A stretch of DNA of 64,000 nucleotides from Octopus bimaculoides (Eukaryota): contig NC_068987.1 of NCBI RefSeq assembly GCF_001194135.2, forward strand, positions 100,793,030 through 100,857,029. Reading direction: 5' to 3'. Positions 1-12,731 of this stretch are shown here, piece by piece. Under the pieces are notes generated by a model. It did not search any database. It was not told the DNA's origin and saw only the letters and a program-made list of their open reading frames with translations. Position numbers and translations under genes: made by a program. The number at the start of each line of letters is the position of its first letter. Within the stretch, counting starts at the first letter, position 1.

Positions 1-65
<65 letters not shown>
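1..65. repeat. (TA)n microsatellite
   Basis: Pure TA run from the window start. Confidence 0.98.
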
Positions 66-71
<6 letters not shown>

Positions 72-1197
72 TCATATATATAAACAAACGTACATATATA
101 AGTAAATATGTATGTGTGTGTGTGTGCGTGTGTGTATGTGTATTACGTACATACAAACATTTTCACCATTTTTACTCTATTTCCTGTTTTTTTTATATAT
201 ACGTTTTTCCACTTTTTCTATATTGTCACTGACAATTTCACTCCATCAGTAACAACGGATAAAAACAAAACAAAAATTGAAATAATACATTTAATCAGTT
301 ATATTATTTTGCATTACTTTCAATGACAGCCTGCCAATGCCACAAGATATTTTCAATAACATATGTGTAGAGATCCAGATATTTTCAATAATGCACTTGT
401 ATACAAATGCCAATTGAACTTCAAGAAAGTCTTCTTTGTTCATCTAAGAGCAAGTCAAGAAACTTCAATTGAACCAGGAATGGTGTCCCTCTTTCCAAGC
501 ACAGTCCACTACCCTTAACAGCCACACTGTCCCCTCACTTTCAACTTCCTTCCTATCTTGTAGCTCCTCTTCAACCAAAACCACTTAGCATTACCCATCT
601 TGCTCTCTTTCCCCTTTCTCCCCCTCTCTCTCTGTGTCTACCTCCCTCTTTACACAGTAATACATGTTTACATACCTGTCTACTCTTCCTCCACCACAAA
701 CAACCTTCATTCTTCGCTGCCAATCTATTACTCCTTTTCTCCCTCTCTATTCACCCCCTCTGTTTACTCTCATGCATTTCAACATGCCTTTGTATCATCC
801 CTCTGCCATTAAACCAACTTCATTCTTCGAAATTCCCCTTCTCCACCTTACTAGCATCCACAACTGGAAATTTCCTTCGCTTTAATACTCACTCTCCCCT
901 TTTCTCATTATCTCAATTTCCTTTAGCACTATAGCCCTACCATTCCTAACTTTAACCTCCATTCTCAAATACCTCAACAACGACCACCTTTCAAATAATA
1001 CCCCTCCCACCCTATTCATTACCCAGCTCTCCACTTTTCTACTTGTATAAATACCCTGATCGCTCACCTCCTCCATCTTTCTCAGCTGAGACCCGTTTCT
1101 TGCACTTCTTTGCTTCAAATCGATCCAACATATACTTCGGATCACGCAAGTAGCGGGTTCCGAGAGAGGTGAATTGTAAATAAATAAATGACAGTAG

Positions 1198-1470
1198 ATA
1201 GATAATATGTCAATTCACTACAGCTGTTTCCAACGAATATTTAAATGATTAATGGAGACATTACATCATTAGTAAAGACCGTTTTCATCAGGTATATACA
1301 CAAACCACAATATTTACAAACATTAAAAAAATCAGCGGCATGACAATTTCTAAATGTTATGGTTCATGTATTTACCTGATTGAAACGTCTTTTTTCTAAT
1401 AATGCAATACTTCTCTTAAACAATTAAAGAATCGTCAGAAGCAGGGGTAGTGAATTGACACATTATCCAT
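1198..1470. repeat. Imperfect fold-back (palindromic) element with a hammerhead-like motif in each arm
   Basis: The reverse complement of 1198-1221 (gtagtgaattgacatattatctat) matches 1447-1470 (gtagtgaattgacacattatccat) at 22/24. Similarity continues inward along both arms to a short centre near 1325-1345. Confidence 0.8.
1216..1294 (-). ncRNA. Type I hammerhead ribozyme-like motif (probably degenerate)
   Basis: The minus strand reads tac-CTGATGA-a-aacg...cgtt-g-GAAAC-agct-GTA-gtg: conserved core, palindromic 4-nt loop III, extended helix II hairpin. The 10.1-11.1 pair is A.G instead of G-C. Confidence 0.55.
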
Positions 1471-1711
1471 TAGCTATTATATATANNNNNNNNNNNNNNN
1501 NNNNNNNNNNNNNNNNNNNNNNNNNNNNNNNNNNNNNNNNNNNNNNNNNNNNNNNNNNNNNNNNNNNNNNNNNNNNNNNNNNNNNNNNNNNNNNNNNNNN
1601 NNNNNNNNNNNNNNNNNNNNNNNNNNNNNNNNNNNNNNNNNNNNNNNNNNNNNNNNNNNNNNNNNNNNNNNNNNNNNNNNNNNNNNNNNNNNNNNNNNNN
1701 NNNNNNNNNNN

Positions 1712-1758
<47 letters not shown>

Positions 1759-3328
1759 CACATATATACATGTAGATAGAGAGAAAGGAAAGAATGAAAA
1801 GTTTCTGACGATGAATATTCAAGTAAAAAATATAGATATTTTTAGAAATGAACAGAGCAAACTTACACAGAGTACAATGACAGAAAATTAAACAAGAGAA
1901 GGTATGATTTTACAAGTACGGGAACTGTTTCTGGGGCTCGGAATTAATTCATTGTGTTGGCAGATGTAGATTACAAATGTTTTTTTGCATCAGATAGACG
2001 TTCTTCGAAATCTAGTTGATACTACAAAGTTTTTCCTAGGCTTATGGTTAAACTGCCCTATGCAGCATCAAATAATCGAAAATACCATATTCATAAAATT
2101 ATTAGTAGAAAGCTGAATCAAGTAATTTTCTTCCCGTAAAAGTAGTGTGTACTTTGTTGTGAAGCATTATACTAAGAAGAGGAACAGATGGTCTCTACTT
2201 TCATAAGTTGGTTTTAAAAATATGTGCTACTACAATCTGCGATAACCTGACTTTTCAAAACTTCCGAAGTTATTTCGTTTTCCACCTTTTGCTTAAATCC
2301 CTATTAGGGAGAGATTTATTCATTCATTTATTTATTCATTTATATTTGTCTATTAACATCAGCAAATCGAACGCTTCAGTTTACTACACTACATATATAG
2401 GTTTGCCGTAAGTTTTGTTTTTACGTAGAACAATTCCATTTCAGGCATCGTATCAGAAAATATTATACTCATTTCGACGTTACTTACAATAAAGTAAAGC
2501 ATTTAGGTTGCTGTCTACTCAGTTACATTATACCAAGACTTTTCATCTCATTGTATAAAGCGATTTGACTGCATCCAGGAAGTTATCTTTTCGAGCATGT
2601 ATCTATTAAGCAACAGACCATTTTTTTCAATACAGCAGCCTCTTTTGCGAGTCTCGTGGCTAGTTTTCATGGATGCTGCATAACTCTGTATTTCAAAAGT
2701 TATTTATAGATCCTGTAATTTCTTTCATATTTTAGTCGTCTCAAATTTCTGATTGAAAAGTCTTACGAAGAAAATCAGGTTTGCTTTATCTAAAGTGCGA
2801 CTTAAAATTTCACCAGTCACATGAATAAGAATAGCTCCTTTCTTTGGACGTCACCACTTATGTTACTTTCATAAATCGACACAGTTGATGAGTATCGTTA
2901 TGATAACTTTGAACGTGAAGTGAAGGACATATATTTTACAGTAAATATTTTCAGAGTTCTTGGCGAGGTGATATTTNNNNNNNNNNNNNNNNNNNNNNNN
3001 NNNNNNNNNNNNNNNNNNNNNNNNNNNNNNNNNNNNNNNNNNNNNNNNNNNNNNNNNNNNNNNNNNNNNNNNNNNNNNNNNNNNNNNNNTATATATATAC
3101 ATATATATATATATATATGTATGTATATGGTATTACAGGTCATAACAATACATTGTGATGTAATGCTACTTTTAAGGCATATATGCATATTCTTTCCCGA
3201 TGTCTTTAATTCCACCCCAGCTTTAAATGTCAATTATCGTTTCGCATTATTGACATTAGGTACGCTACAAAAGGAAGGTACTTTGCAGTAAAAGATTAGA
3301 TTTTCCATGCATGTGTAAATATATATAT

Positions 3329-3377
3329 GGAGGTGCAATGTCCCAGTGGTTAGGGCAGCGAACAGGCGGTCGTGAAA
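3329..3377 (+). mobile_element. tRNA-derived SINE head fragment
   Basis: ggaggtgcaatgtcccagtggttagggcagcg has an A-box-like head and is truncated. Confidence 0.4.
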
Positions 3378-3939
3378 CAATTAAAGATTGTATTGTTTAA
3401 TTTATATGGATGATATCTCTGCTTTACTAATTAACCATTAGAGTAAGTATGTTTTACCTGGACTGCTCTCGACCGAAGCTTTCTTTGTGTAATTATTTTG
3501 ATAGGAATCTGTCGCACAGTCTTTTCGAAGGATTCGAATAGACTGTGCAACGTCTCGTGTCAGAATTTATTTCAGCTGATTATGATGCAAATAATGCGTG
3601 TTTCAGACATACACAGTCACATAATATATAATTAACAGGCATAGTATATAATTGAATGAAATACTACGATAGTGAAATGTAAAACCATATCAGATGAATA
3701 TTCGTAATAAGCACCTTAGCATAGAAATTATCATTCGTTCAGAAAGACCCTTAGAATGAAGTTCTAGGTACCTGACTAACTGCTGTAAAATTCACAGATC
3801 ATTAGAAAATTGGATATACACTGTTTTACATACAGAGTCTAATTTCTTTCCCTTTTAAACTAAATCTACATACACGTATCCGTAATATATACATAGGAAC
3901 ACTCGCGCACACATATGCGTGCGTGTATGTATGTATGTA

Positions 3940-3987
3940 GGTATGTATGAGTGTGTATATATGTGTGTGTGCGTGTGTATGTTTCTC

Positions 3988-4060
<73 letters not shown>

Positions 4061-4828
4061 GCACACACACACACATATATGCATACATGCATACAGGCAT
4101 AAGCATATTAAACATATTCTTTTCTTCCAAGACATGATTATTTTATGAATTTATATTGCTCCTCTCGGTACGTTGCAAATAAATTGGAAGCGATGACTTT
4201 TATTATCCACATGGGAATGCATAATATCAGTAAAACGTTTTAAGAATATATCTATTTCAAAGTTTATTCTAAAACTAAATTCATAAGTGCTAGCACAAAC
4301 GCACNNNNNNNNNNNNNNNNNNNNNNNNNNNNNNNNNNNNNNNNNNNNNNNNNNNNNNNNNNNNNNNNNNNNNNNNNNNNNNNNNNNNNNNNNNNNNNNN
4401 NNNNNNNNNNNNNNNNNNNNNNNNNNNNNNNNNNNNNNNNNNNNNNNNNNNNNNNNNNNNNNNNNNNNNNNNNNNNNNNNNNNNNNNNNNNNNNNNNNNN
4501 NNNNNNNNNNNNNNNNNNNNNNNNNNNNNNNNNNNNNNNNNNNNNNNNNNNNNNNNNNNNNNNNNNNNNNNNNNNNNNNNNNNNATATAGAGAGAGAGAG
4601 AGAGATAGAGAGAGAGAGTGAGAGAGAGAGAGAAAGAGAGAGAAGTAGAGAGAGATAGAGAAAGAGAGAGAGCGAGAGAGAGAGAGTGAGAGAGAGAGAG
4701 AGAGTGATGCATGTGTGTATGTATTATGACCAATGCAGTTACACATTCAATCAGAATACACACACGCACTAGCACAGACACACAGACAGAAATAGCAATA
4801 TATAGACACCTTCCATATAAATCCCGTT

Positions 4829-4916
<88 letters not shown>

Positions 4917-4930
4917 CATGTACATTTGTG
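3940..4930. repeat. Compound (TG)/(CT)/(TA)/(GA) microsatellite cluster around an assembly gap
   Basis: Directly visible runs. Confidence 0.95.
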
Positions 4931-7900
4931 TGTGCGACTAAATGATTATGTTTGTATTTATATGTGAATACTCACTTTCACACGCACGGACATGCACATA
5001 CGCACAGACATACAGATTAACATACATACACACATACACCGGCATACATACATGAATACACACATGCAGACATATAACCATACACACAAATACAGATATA
5101 CAAGGAGCGTGATTTTTTGTGTATTTCTCAGTACGTAAAATATGTGCCTAGATCAAACAAAATTATTCCATTAACGCCCTATTTTCCAACTATAACATAC
5201 GTTTTAATATTACATGAAAAACATATGTTCTGTAGATTGGTGGTTAATATTCAGTTTAAATGCTACTAAAATAAAACAATATGTGTGCATATATGTAGTT
5301 ATGTATATATGTATATGTGTATGTGTATATATATATACATATATATNNNNNNNNNNNNNNNNNNNNNNNNNNNNNNNNNNNNNNNNNNNNNNNNNNNNNN
5401 NNNNNNNNNNNNNNNNNNNNNNNNNNNNNNNNNNNNNNNNNNNNNNNNNNNNNNNNNNNNNNNNNNNNNNNNNNNNNNNNNNNNNNNNNNNNNNNNNNNN
5501 NNNNNNNNNNNNNNNNNNNNNNNNNNNNNNNNNNNNNNNNNNNNNNNNNNNNNNNNNNNNNNNNNNNNNNNNNNNNNNNNNNNNNNNNNNNNNNNNTATA
5601 TATATATATATACTTTTATAAGTATTTCATATACACACACTCTTTCGAATACAGCACATAGAGGTGTGTGTGTGTGTGTGTGTGTATGACTTTGTCTATG
5701 CCTGTGTCTGTTTCTATGTTGTGTGTATGTTTATGTGTGTGTGTGTCTGTGTTTGTGTGTGTGTGTGTGTGTTCGTGTGTGTGCCTTCGTGCCATTAATC
5801 ATACGAATCAGAACCAACAAATCTACGGCACATATAACTAATATTTCATGTCGTGTGATCTTTTCAGTTGTTAGATTTTTAGTGTTTGGTGTAAAATCAA
5901 TCATGATTTTGCAAATGGCTATGTCGCTGTCTCTTCGCTTGTTGTGCTGCATGCAATTTTATGTCCTATATATATGTGTTATCTTGTTTGGTTCAAAAAC
6001 TTGCTTCTTCTTATTTGCAAATGACTGCTATTCCCTTATGCGACTTCACTATATTTAAAACGTTTTCGACGAATTTATTGAAATTACTGTCACTTTTTTT
6101 CTCGGTCTAATATCAGGAAACACATCATCTCCTATGACATTTTACTTGTCCTCGGTGAGGAAGATGGGATAATACTTCGATTCGAGTTTTATCATAACGG
6201 TCACTAAAATCTTGTAAATGCTTTTAATTAATGTAGTATAAATATACAAGAAATTAACTTAGCCACACAAGCACAAATATGATTTATCCAACGAGCTTCT
6301 AAACAGTTTCCATTCATCTAGTTTCGCGTGCAAGTCTTTTAGTAGACTGGAAGCTTTCGGAAAAAAATGTCTGTTCAATATGTCGTTAACTGGTATCTAA
6401 ACATGCCCCCTTTCATTCTTAAATATACAGACATGCTGAGCATATATTAGTACAGAAATCTCTATCGCAGTTATATGACAACGCAATGAGAGATTACCTG
6501 TTATATAAATGGTAATGTTATGAATCGTTGCAAAATTATTCTGCGGTAAAAATATGAAGATTTATTAATTTTGAACTACTTCAACGCAACAATTGTATGG
6601 GTAAAATTTCTTAAAAAATGTACATGTTTTAGCGACTTGTATTTCCTTGAAACTGTTAACCACACATAACCATACTTAAATAATCACATTCCGTCACAGA
6701 CACACACACCAGGACATGTTAACTGGTATCAATTTATACTTTAGTTTAAAAAAGAACCGAAAGGGTGGTTGTTTCTTCAATGTACACTCAACCTTACTCT
6801 CCCACCAATGAATCATGGAGCCACTCCATTCCCTCACACTTCAGCGGTTGTTGTTTCTTTCTAATAGCTGGCTACATATACTCTCCACCTAGCACAGATA
6901 CAAATATCGGCATTCCACTGTCTTTCATATAATTTCTAAAATATCGCACAGACTGTTTTACTAACTTGGCCGTTCCATAGAAGCAGCCATTAGAAATGTT
7001 ATCCCAATTATGTTTTCTTTCAGACACACAGTTTTGCAAACTTCGACTAATACAATGAGTGTCTTCAAAGTGTATAAACACTTGCTATCATCTTTTGTTT
7101 TACATACATACATACATATATACATATATACTGACTTATAAACAAAATGAAAACAATCGTCGCTGTATTCTCACTTTGTACAATACAGTTAAGTATGAAT
7201 ATCAGGATGTTCTGTGTTAATCAATTCTTAGCATTCTAAGTATTGGTTTCTCGTGATTTATTGCTGAATTCTAATACCCCTGTGGATACGGAACTCCAAA
7301 AGGAAATATTTCTAACGACGAAGCAAATTGATGTACTACTGAGTATGATGAGTGTGTAAAACGTGACTGTTATGCATTTTCAAAAGCAATTAAGCTTATA
7401 CGAATATCTAAACTTGTTTTACTAACAACAATTTTTTATGTTCCATTTACTCGTCTCCACAAAGATCTGCATCGTACATTAATTAAGTTTTATAACTGTT
7501 CAATTATCCCCTTATCTATCTTATGGATGTTTCCCCTGTGTAACAGTTTTCTTATTTTATATTCATTTTGACTTCTCTATTCGTTACCTGCATCTAAATG
7601 TAGCATAAATTGTATCTACTGGAACAACTACAGCAAGCAAAGTCGGGGAAATGGAAATTACATGCAAACATCAATAGCTCGGTAAGAGTTACGTCACCTT
7701 ATATTAGGAATTCAATACAGAGAGAAAAATAAAAACAAGTCGGAGATAAAAAGTAGGAAAAACTAAATGCCATTCTCTTCCTTTGCAGAGCTTGATCACT
7801 TCCAGGAACTTCGTATCCTGCTCCATTTTTAATATTAGGAAATTATAAATATTGCCGAATATAACTTCCTTATCTTATTTGGAATATGAGTGTCTAATAC

Positions 7901-8362
7901 AAACGAGTGTGGTGTTGCTTCCCCCCAGAAGTGTCATTATTTACTTTTGCGTTAATATCTAATATGTTGAAAAAGATACATGAACTACTGCTAAGATGTA
8001 AACATTAAAACAAAAAAAAGAAAAATCTTCTCATCATTCCCTTGGAAATTAATCGATCGGTGCACCGGGATATGATAACTCACGTATTCTTTCATGATCT
8101 AATAATGTAGCTGTAATTATTTATTTAATTATCGAAATAATTTGAATTATAGAAGGCCTCTCCCTAACTTTGCTTATACTTTTTACTCATATTTACTAGG
8201 AGATATTACATTTGAATTTATTTACTACCTCTATCTCGTTTTATTAATATTTTTGCTGTTACTGATACTATGCACCTCTATCAACCTCTTTTAAGCACTA
8301 TCTTTCAAGCGTTCATTTTTTGCCAATTTCTTATTTATTTATGATCCCTAGCTATAAGGTTT

Positions 8363-8427
<65 letters not shown>
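8363..8427. repeat. (TAC)n microsatellite
   Basis: Pure TAC run. Confidence 0.97.
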
Positions 8428-8939
8428 TCGTTATTGTTATTATTACTATTATTATAGGAGTTTTGTTTTTATCACGTGCTTTCACTGCACTACCAAGCTC
8501 AGCTCTGTGTGACTTGAACATGTGCTGTGTTTTGTTTTGGTACTGTTGTTTTCAGTTTATTGAAAGTGCTTTAAGCATATCTCTATGAAAAAGTCCCCAA
8601 AGAAAAGTTGTTTGAGGATGGTGAACGAAACACCGCTGCTTGCAGAAGTGAATCATTCTATCTCGAATATTATTCCATTTCGAAATGATTCTTGTTAATA
8701 CATGGTTGTGATATTCCTCCTGTACTCCTTCTCATGATCAGAGATGCCGATATGATTAGCCGATACAAGACATACACAAATTTCTATGGTCAAGGAATTG
8801 ACAAGTAAATCAGCAGTATGGAGCAGAATATTTGCTGTAGCCCATTTTTTCCCCAAGATAAAACTTCTACATGATAATACGGTCAATCCGTTAAGATCAG
8901 AATCCATGATAGCCACTGGTTGGTACTGCATCAGAAGAT

Positions 8940-8951
8940 TTATTATTATTA

Positions 8952-9045
<94 letters not shown>

Positions 9046-9067
9046 TATTACAATTATTACTATTATT
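8940..9067. repeat. (ATT)n/(ATC)n microsatellite at the 3' end of an R4/Dong LINE
   Basis: The run abuts the end of the element. Confidence 0.95.
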
Positions 9068-11396
9068 TACAGGTCTTGTTGGAACTCGTGGAGACTTGCA
9101 GGCGTAGCGGGTTTACTACCTGCAGCCTACGTTTGTATTAAGCTATGTAGTACTTTCCTGATTAACCTGGCCTTGTCGAGGAGGCAAAACGTTTGCAATA
9201 GTTCTACTCGGCACACCATTTCAAGTTCCTTTATATTCCTATTGATGCATTGTGATATTGTCCTCATGAACACAACAATAACGGGCATTATATTCACCTT
9301 CTTCATTTTCCATACCGGGCTATTTCATAATTAAGAGGGTTGTATTTATCTACGTTTTAGCCTTCCTACTTGGCTATTCATTGGCCAAAGGAGCATGCAG
9401 CATCAACTATATAACACATGTTGCGCATCTTCTCGAACACCACTAGCTCGGCTTGTTATACTCCTGAATTGTTTAGATTGGGAAGTCCCAGAGAATTTTG
9501 CTAGTCTCCGACCGTGCCAGCCTCTGTGGTTTATGCTCATACGACATCTTTCCTCCCTGTAGACCCCACTTTTCGCACAATTTTCAATGTACTACTTCGC
9601 TAATTGATCATGTCGCCACAACTTGCAGTGATTTTGGGAAAGTCTAGGAGATTCGTTTATGTTATGGGCAATGGTTCATCTACCCTATTACAGATGCAAC
9701 ACAGCAGAGGCACTGGCTCAATCCAAAGGTTGACCCTCCAGTTTATGGACATAGCTTGGTCTTCTTCAGCCAGTATAGTGTTCGCGGTCTCCTTTTTTAG
9801 TGTTCCCTTCTTCGGCCAATCCCACCTATTTTATCCAGCAACTTCTGTTGTGGCTACATGGAATTGATTAAGCATTCCCTTATTGCGTAATTCATTTTGA
9901 TGTGCTTTTATTAATTCTTCCTTTGTTTTTCCTTTTTTTCCTCTGCTCTTCATACTCTCTCGATTAAGAGCTGATCCTTCGTTCCGAGTCTCCTCCTTCG
10001 GTACCCTTATTGTACACTGCGCGGTACCCGACTTTTTTCTAAGAGTTTATACAGTTCACCAACAAAAGCACCTGAGATTAGTTTCCCCATTAACGGAAGA
10101 CACGTTATTGGTCGAAACTTGGATGGAACATTTCACATTTTAGGTTCCATGGCACGTAATAACGTCTTTACCTTTGTCATCCAGTTGGGTACCGTGCCTT
10201 CCTGAAAGCACTCATCTAGCTGATTCGCTATCATTTCATGGAGCCCTCTCAGAGTTTTCATCCAATAAACTTGAACCCCATCCAGTCCTGGACTCTCTCA
10301 ATTTGGGAATTTTCTTAATTGCTTTGTTATCATTTCTGTAGCTATTCTTGTCTTCTTGGTCTTCTATATTTCTTAACCCATCTTGGATTTCATGCAGCCA
10401 CTCCGCTTCATCACTTCCCTTTTATGGGTTGGTCCCAGATCCCTCTCCAGAATGCCCTGCTTTTCTCTGCATCTGGTTTCTTTATTACGTATATTTGCCA
10501 ATCTCGTTCCTGAGACAGTTCTTTCTTCTCATTTGTTTCCAACAATCTGTTTTGCCTGAATCGTTTAATTCTATTGTCATATCTTCCCAGTTTTGCTTTC
10601 ATTGCTACTATTATTTATCTTAATTCTTTTAATATCACATCATAACCTTTATCTCCTATTTGATATGTTCTTTCCAGCATTATTCTTATGCTTCGTTTTG
10701 CAACCCCCTCAACTCAGTCTATCACATTGTTTTCAATGTCTTTTTAACTTTGTTTCTCACAAATTCGTCTACGCCAGTATGGTTCGTTACGTTCTGTCTC
10801 TTCTTTTCATTGTATCCAATTCTATCTGCAGCAACCATAGCTGCAGCCCAAATACTTTTGTTAGTTTCAGGTATATTTCTCGTCTGGAATAGCCCAAGGA
10901 CCGAACCTATCTTTTCAGTTTCAACTTTGAGCTTGCGTCGATGAATGCAACTCAAATTGGGGAGGTCTTCATGGTCTTCTCTAATATATCGGCATCTTCA
11001 CTATATCTTGTTGGCCATCATCGTACTCTTGTGATATAGCTCTTCCCATTACCTCTGTTTCATTTGCTCAGAACGCATATACATTTACACTTTGCCCTAC
11101 GTCGTCACTGTCGCCATTCATTTCTATGTTGTTGCTGGACACGTTATCTGCTGGCGAAATATTATTTCTGTTTTCAACTTTCCTTTTTGTCTCTTATATT
11201 TCCATGATTGGTAACCACCCTTTTGCTCTTATTGCTCTTACTTGGTCGGCTAACCGTTGCTCACTTATTTCGAAGAGATTTATTTCATTCCCTTTTGCTT
11301 TCATGCATTTTCGGAATCCCCTTTTACTGGGTTAACTCCTGATCCAACATTAAATTACTGTTCGGTTTGTCTCCTTGTCCCACCTTCTTCTCTGTC
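9068..11396 (-). mobile_element. R4/Dong-clade non-LTR retrotransposon (REL endonuclease), decayed, with RT core deleted
   Basis: Minus-strand motifs in order: EISEQRLADQVRAIRAKGWL; RRKLKVETEKIG..TRNIPETNKSIWAAA; KAKLGRYDNRIKRFRQNRLLETNEK; PDAEKSRAFWRGIWDQP; FRPITCLPLMGKL; KDQLLIERV; KKGTLKKETANTILAEEDQA; RHDQLAK; KILWDFPI. Many stops and frameshifts. Confidence 0.9.
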
Positions 11397-11470
<74 letters not shown>

Positions 11471-11480
11471 NNNNNNNNNN

Positions 11481-11515
<35 letters not shown>
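11397..11515. repeat. (ATT)n microsatellite at the 5' flank of the R4/Dong LINE
   Basis: Pure run with a 10-N gap. Confidence 0.97.
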
Positions 11516-11516
<1 letters not shown>

Positions 11517-11849
11517 GCAATAGAAATTAGTTTATCGTGAATAGCTATTTAGTATATGTTTAAATAATCCACGAGCTGCCAAAGGTTTGTACATATAAAA
11601 TTTCTTCCCTTCTACTTACTTCTCATAATCTGTGACAGACCTAAACAAGTTAGGGATGTATCACATTTTATTCCTTCACAAGGTCAGCTATATCATCTTT
11701 TGATTCTTTCCACTAGGACTAATCACACTTCCCAGTGTTTGCCCATGTTTGTGCAAGGATGTGATTTGTTCTCTCTTTTCAATCAATTAAGCACTGACCG
11801 GTCGATTAATGGAATTGCTCAACGAAATTTAAATCTTTCCAGCTACGCA

Positions 11850-12445
11850 TCCGAAACAATGTTTGGGGATCCACCACTCGTAGAAGTAAGGCAATAGATA
11901 ACTTCTGACAGCCAAGAATGAGGCGACCCACTCTACGGAGGCAAATAAGCTCCTAGACAAGCTAGGGCATCCTATTGTGCAGAAGCCCTTTTTCAGATGA
12001 AACGAGCGTCTGCCGGACCAGCTGCACACTACACAAAATAACAGGTGGCTTCACTTCAATCCATGTGATGTACCACTTATCAGGAAAACCAATTTCTTCC
12101 AAACTCAGAGGCTCCATTCAGACAGCTATTTGAATCTACTGGAGACTGTGGTCAAGTTCTAACAGGAGATGAACACTGTTAGATTAGGCGCCTCGTTAAT
12201 ACCTCCGGAAAGAGTCAGAAATAGTTTTCGAAGAATTTCTACGGTTTGACTAGTCTCAATTTCTCGCCTGCAAATTCACTCGACTATAATGCCATGGATT
12301 ACTATGCAAGGGTAACGGTGGAGAAAGACGCATGCCATTCTGGCCCCAGTGCTAGAGTCCGGGCTGGCGGATAACATCTTCCCTGGAACAAAGTGAGGAA
12401 CGCATATCGCAGGTTCCGGGCAGTTGAGAGTGTGGTGGAAGCTAA
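11850..12445 (+). mobile_element. mariner-like (maT/DD37D-type) transposase remnant
   Basis: Fragments EANKLLDKLGHPIVQKP-FSDE and NFYGLTSLNFSPANSLDYNAMDYY..VEKD..KVRNAYRRF..AVESVVEAKGGY resemble the FSDE and WPPNSPDxNPLDY..RLEAVVEAEGGYFE motifs. Frameshifts and an apparent internal deletion. Confidence 0.7.
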
Positions 12446-12557
12446 GGGTGGATATGATATTTCGATGCATGCAAATTGTCACATTTACCCCCAACAATTT
12501 GTATATGTGTCTGTGTGCATATATATANNNNNNNNNNNNNNNNNNNNNNNNNNNNNN

Positions 12558-12592
<35 letters not shown>

Positions 12593-12695
12593 GATATATA
12601 CATACATCTATAAGAATAATCCAGATTCAGTTGAATTGGGTACTTAAGTTGAGGCACCAAGTCAGTCCGATGATACCAGACTGACTTGGTGCTAT

Positions 12696-12731
<36 letters not shown>

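Noticed and set aside
480-1145. Purine-rich minus-strand ORF 882-1145 (MIRSICWIDLKQ...)
   Set aside because: Probably a decayed TE, but I could not match any motif.
1900-2200. Interrupted open frames on both strands
   Set aside because: Stops in every frame and no recognisable motif.
6700-7081. ORF 6872-7081 and neighbours
   Set aside because: LINE-like feel, but no diagnostic motif.
8152-8295. Hydrophobic open frame (..FIYYLYLVLLIFLLLLILC..)
   Set aside because: T-rich DNA translates as pseudo-transmembrane; no splice or homology support.
8600-8940. Fragment LGEKMGYSKYSAPYC faintly recalling a transposase motif
   Set aside because: Too short and surrounded by stops.
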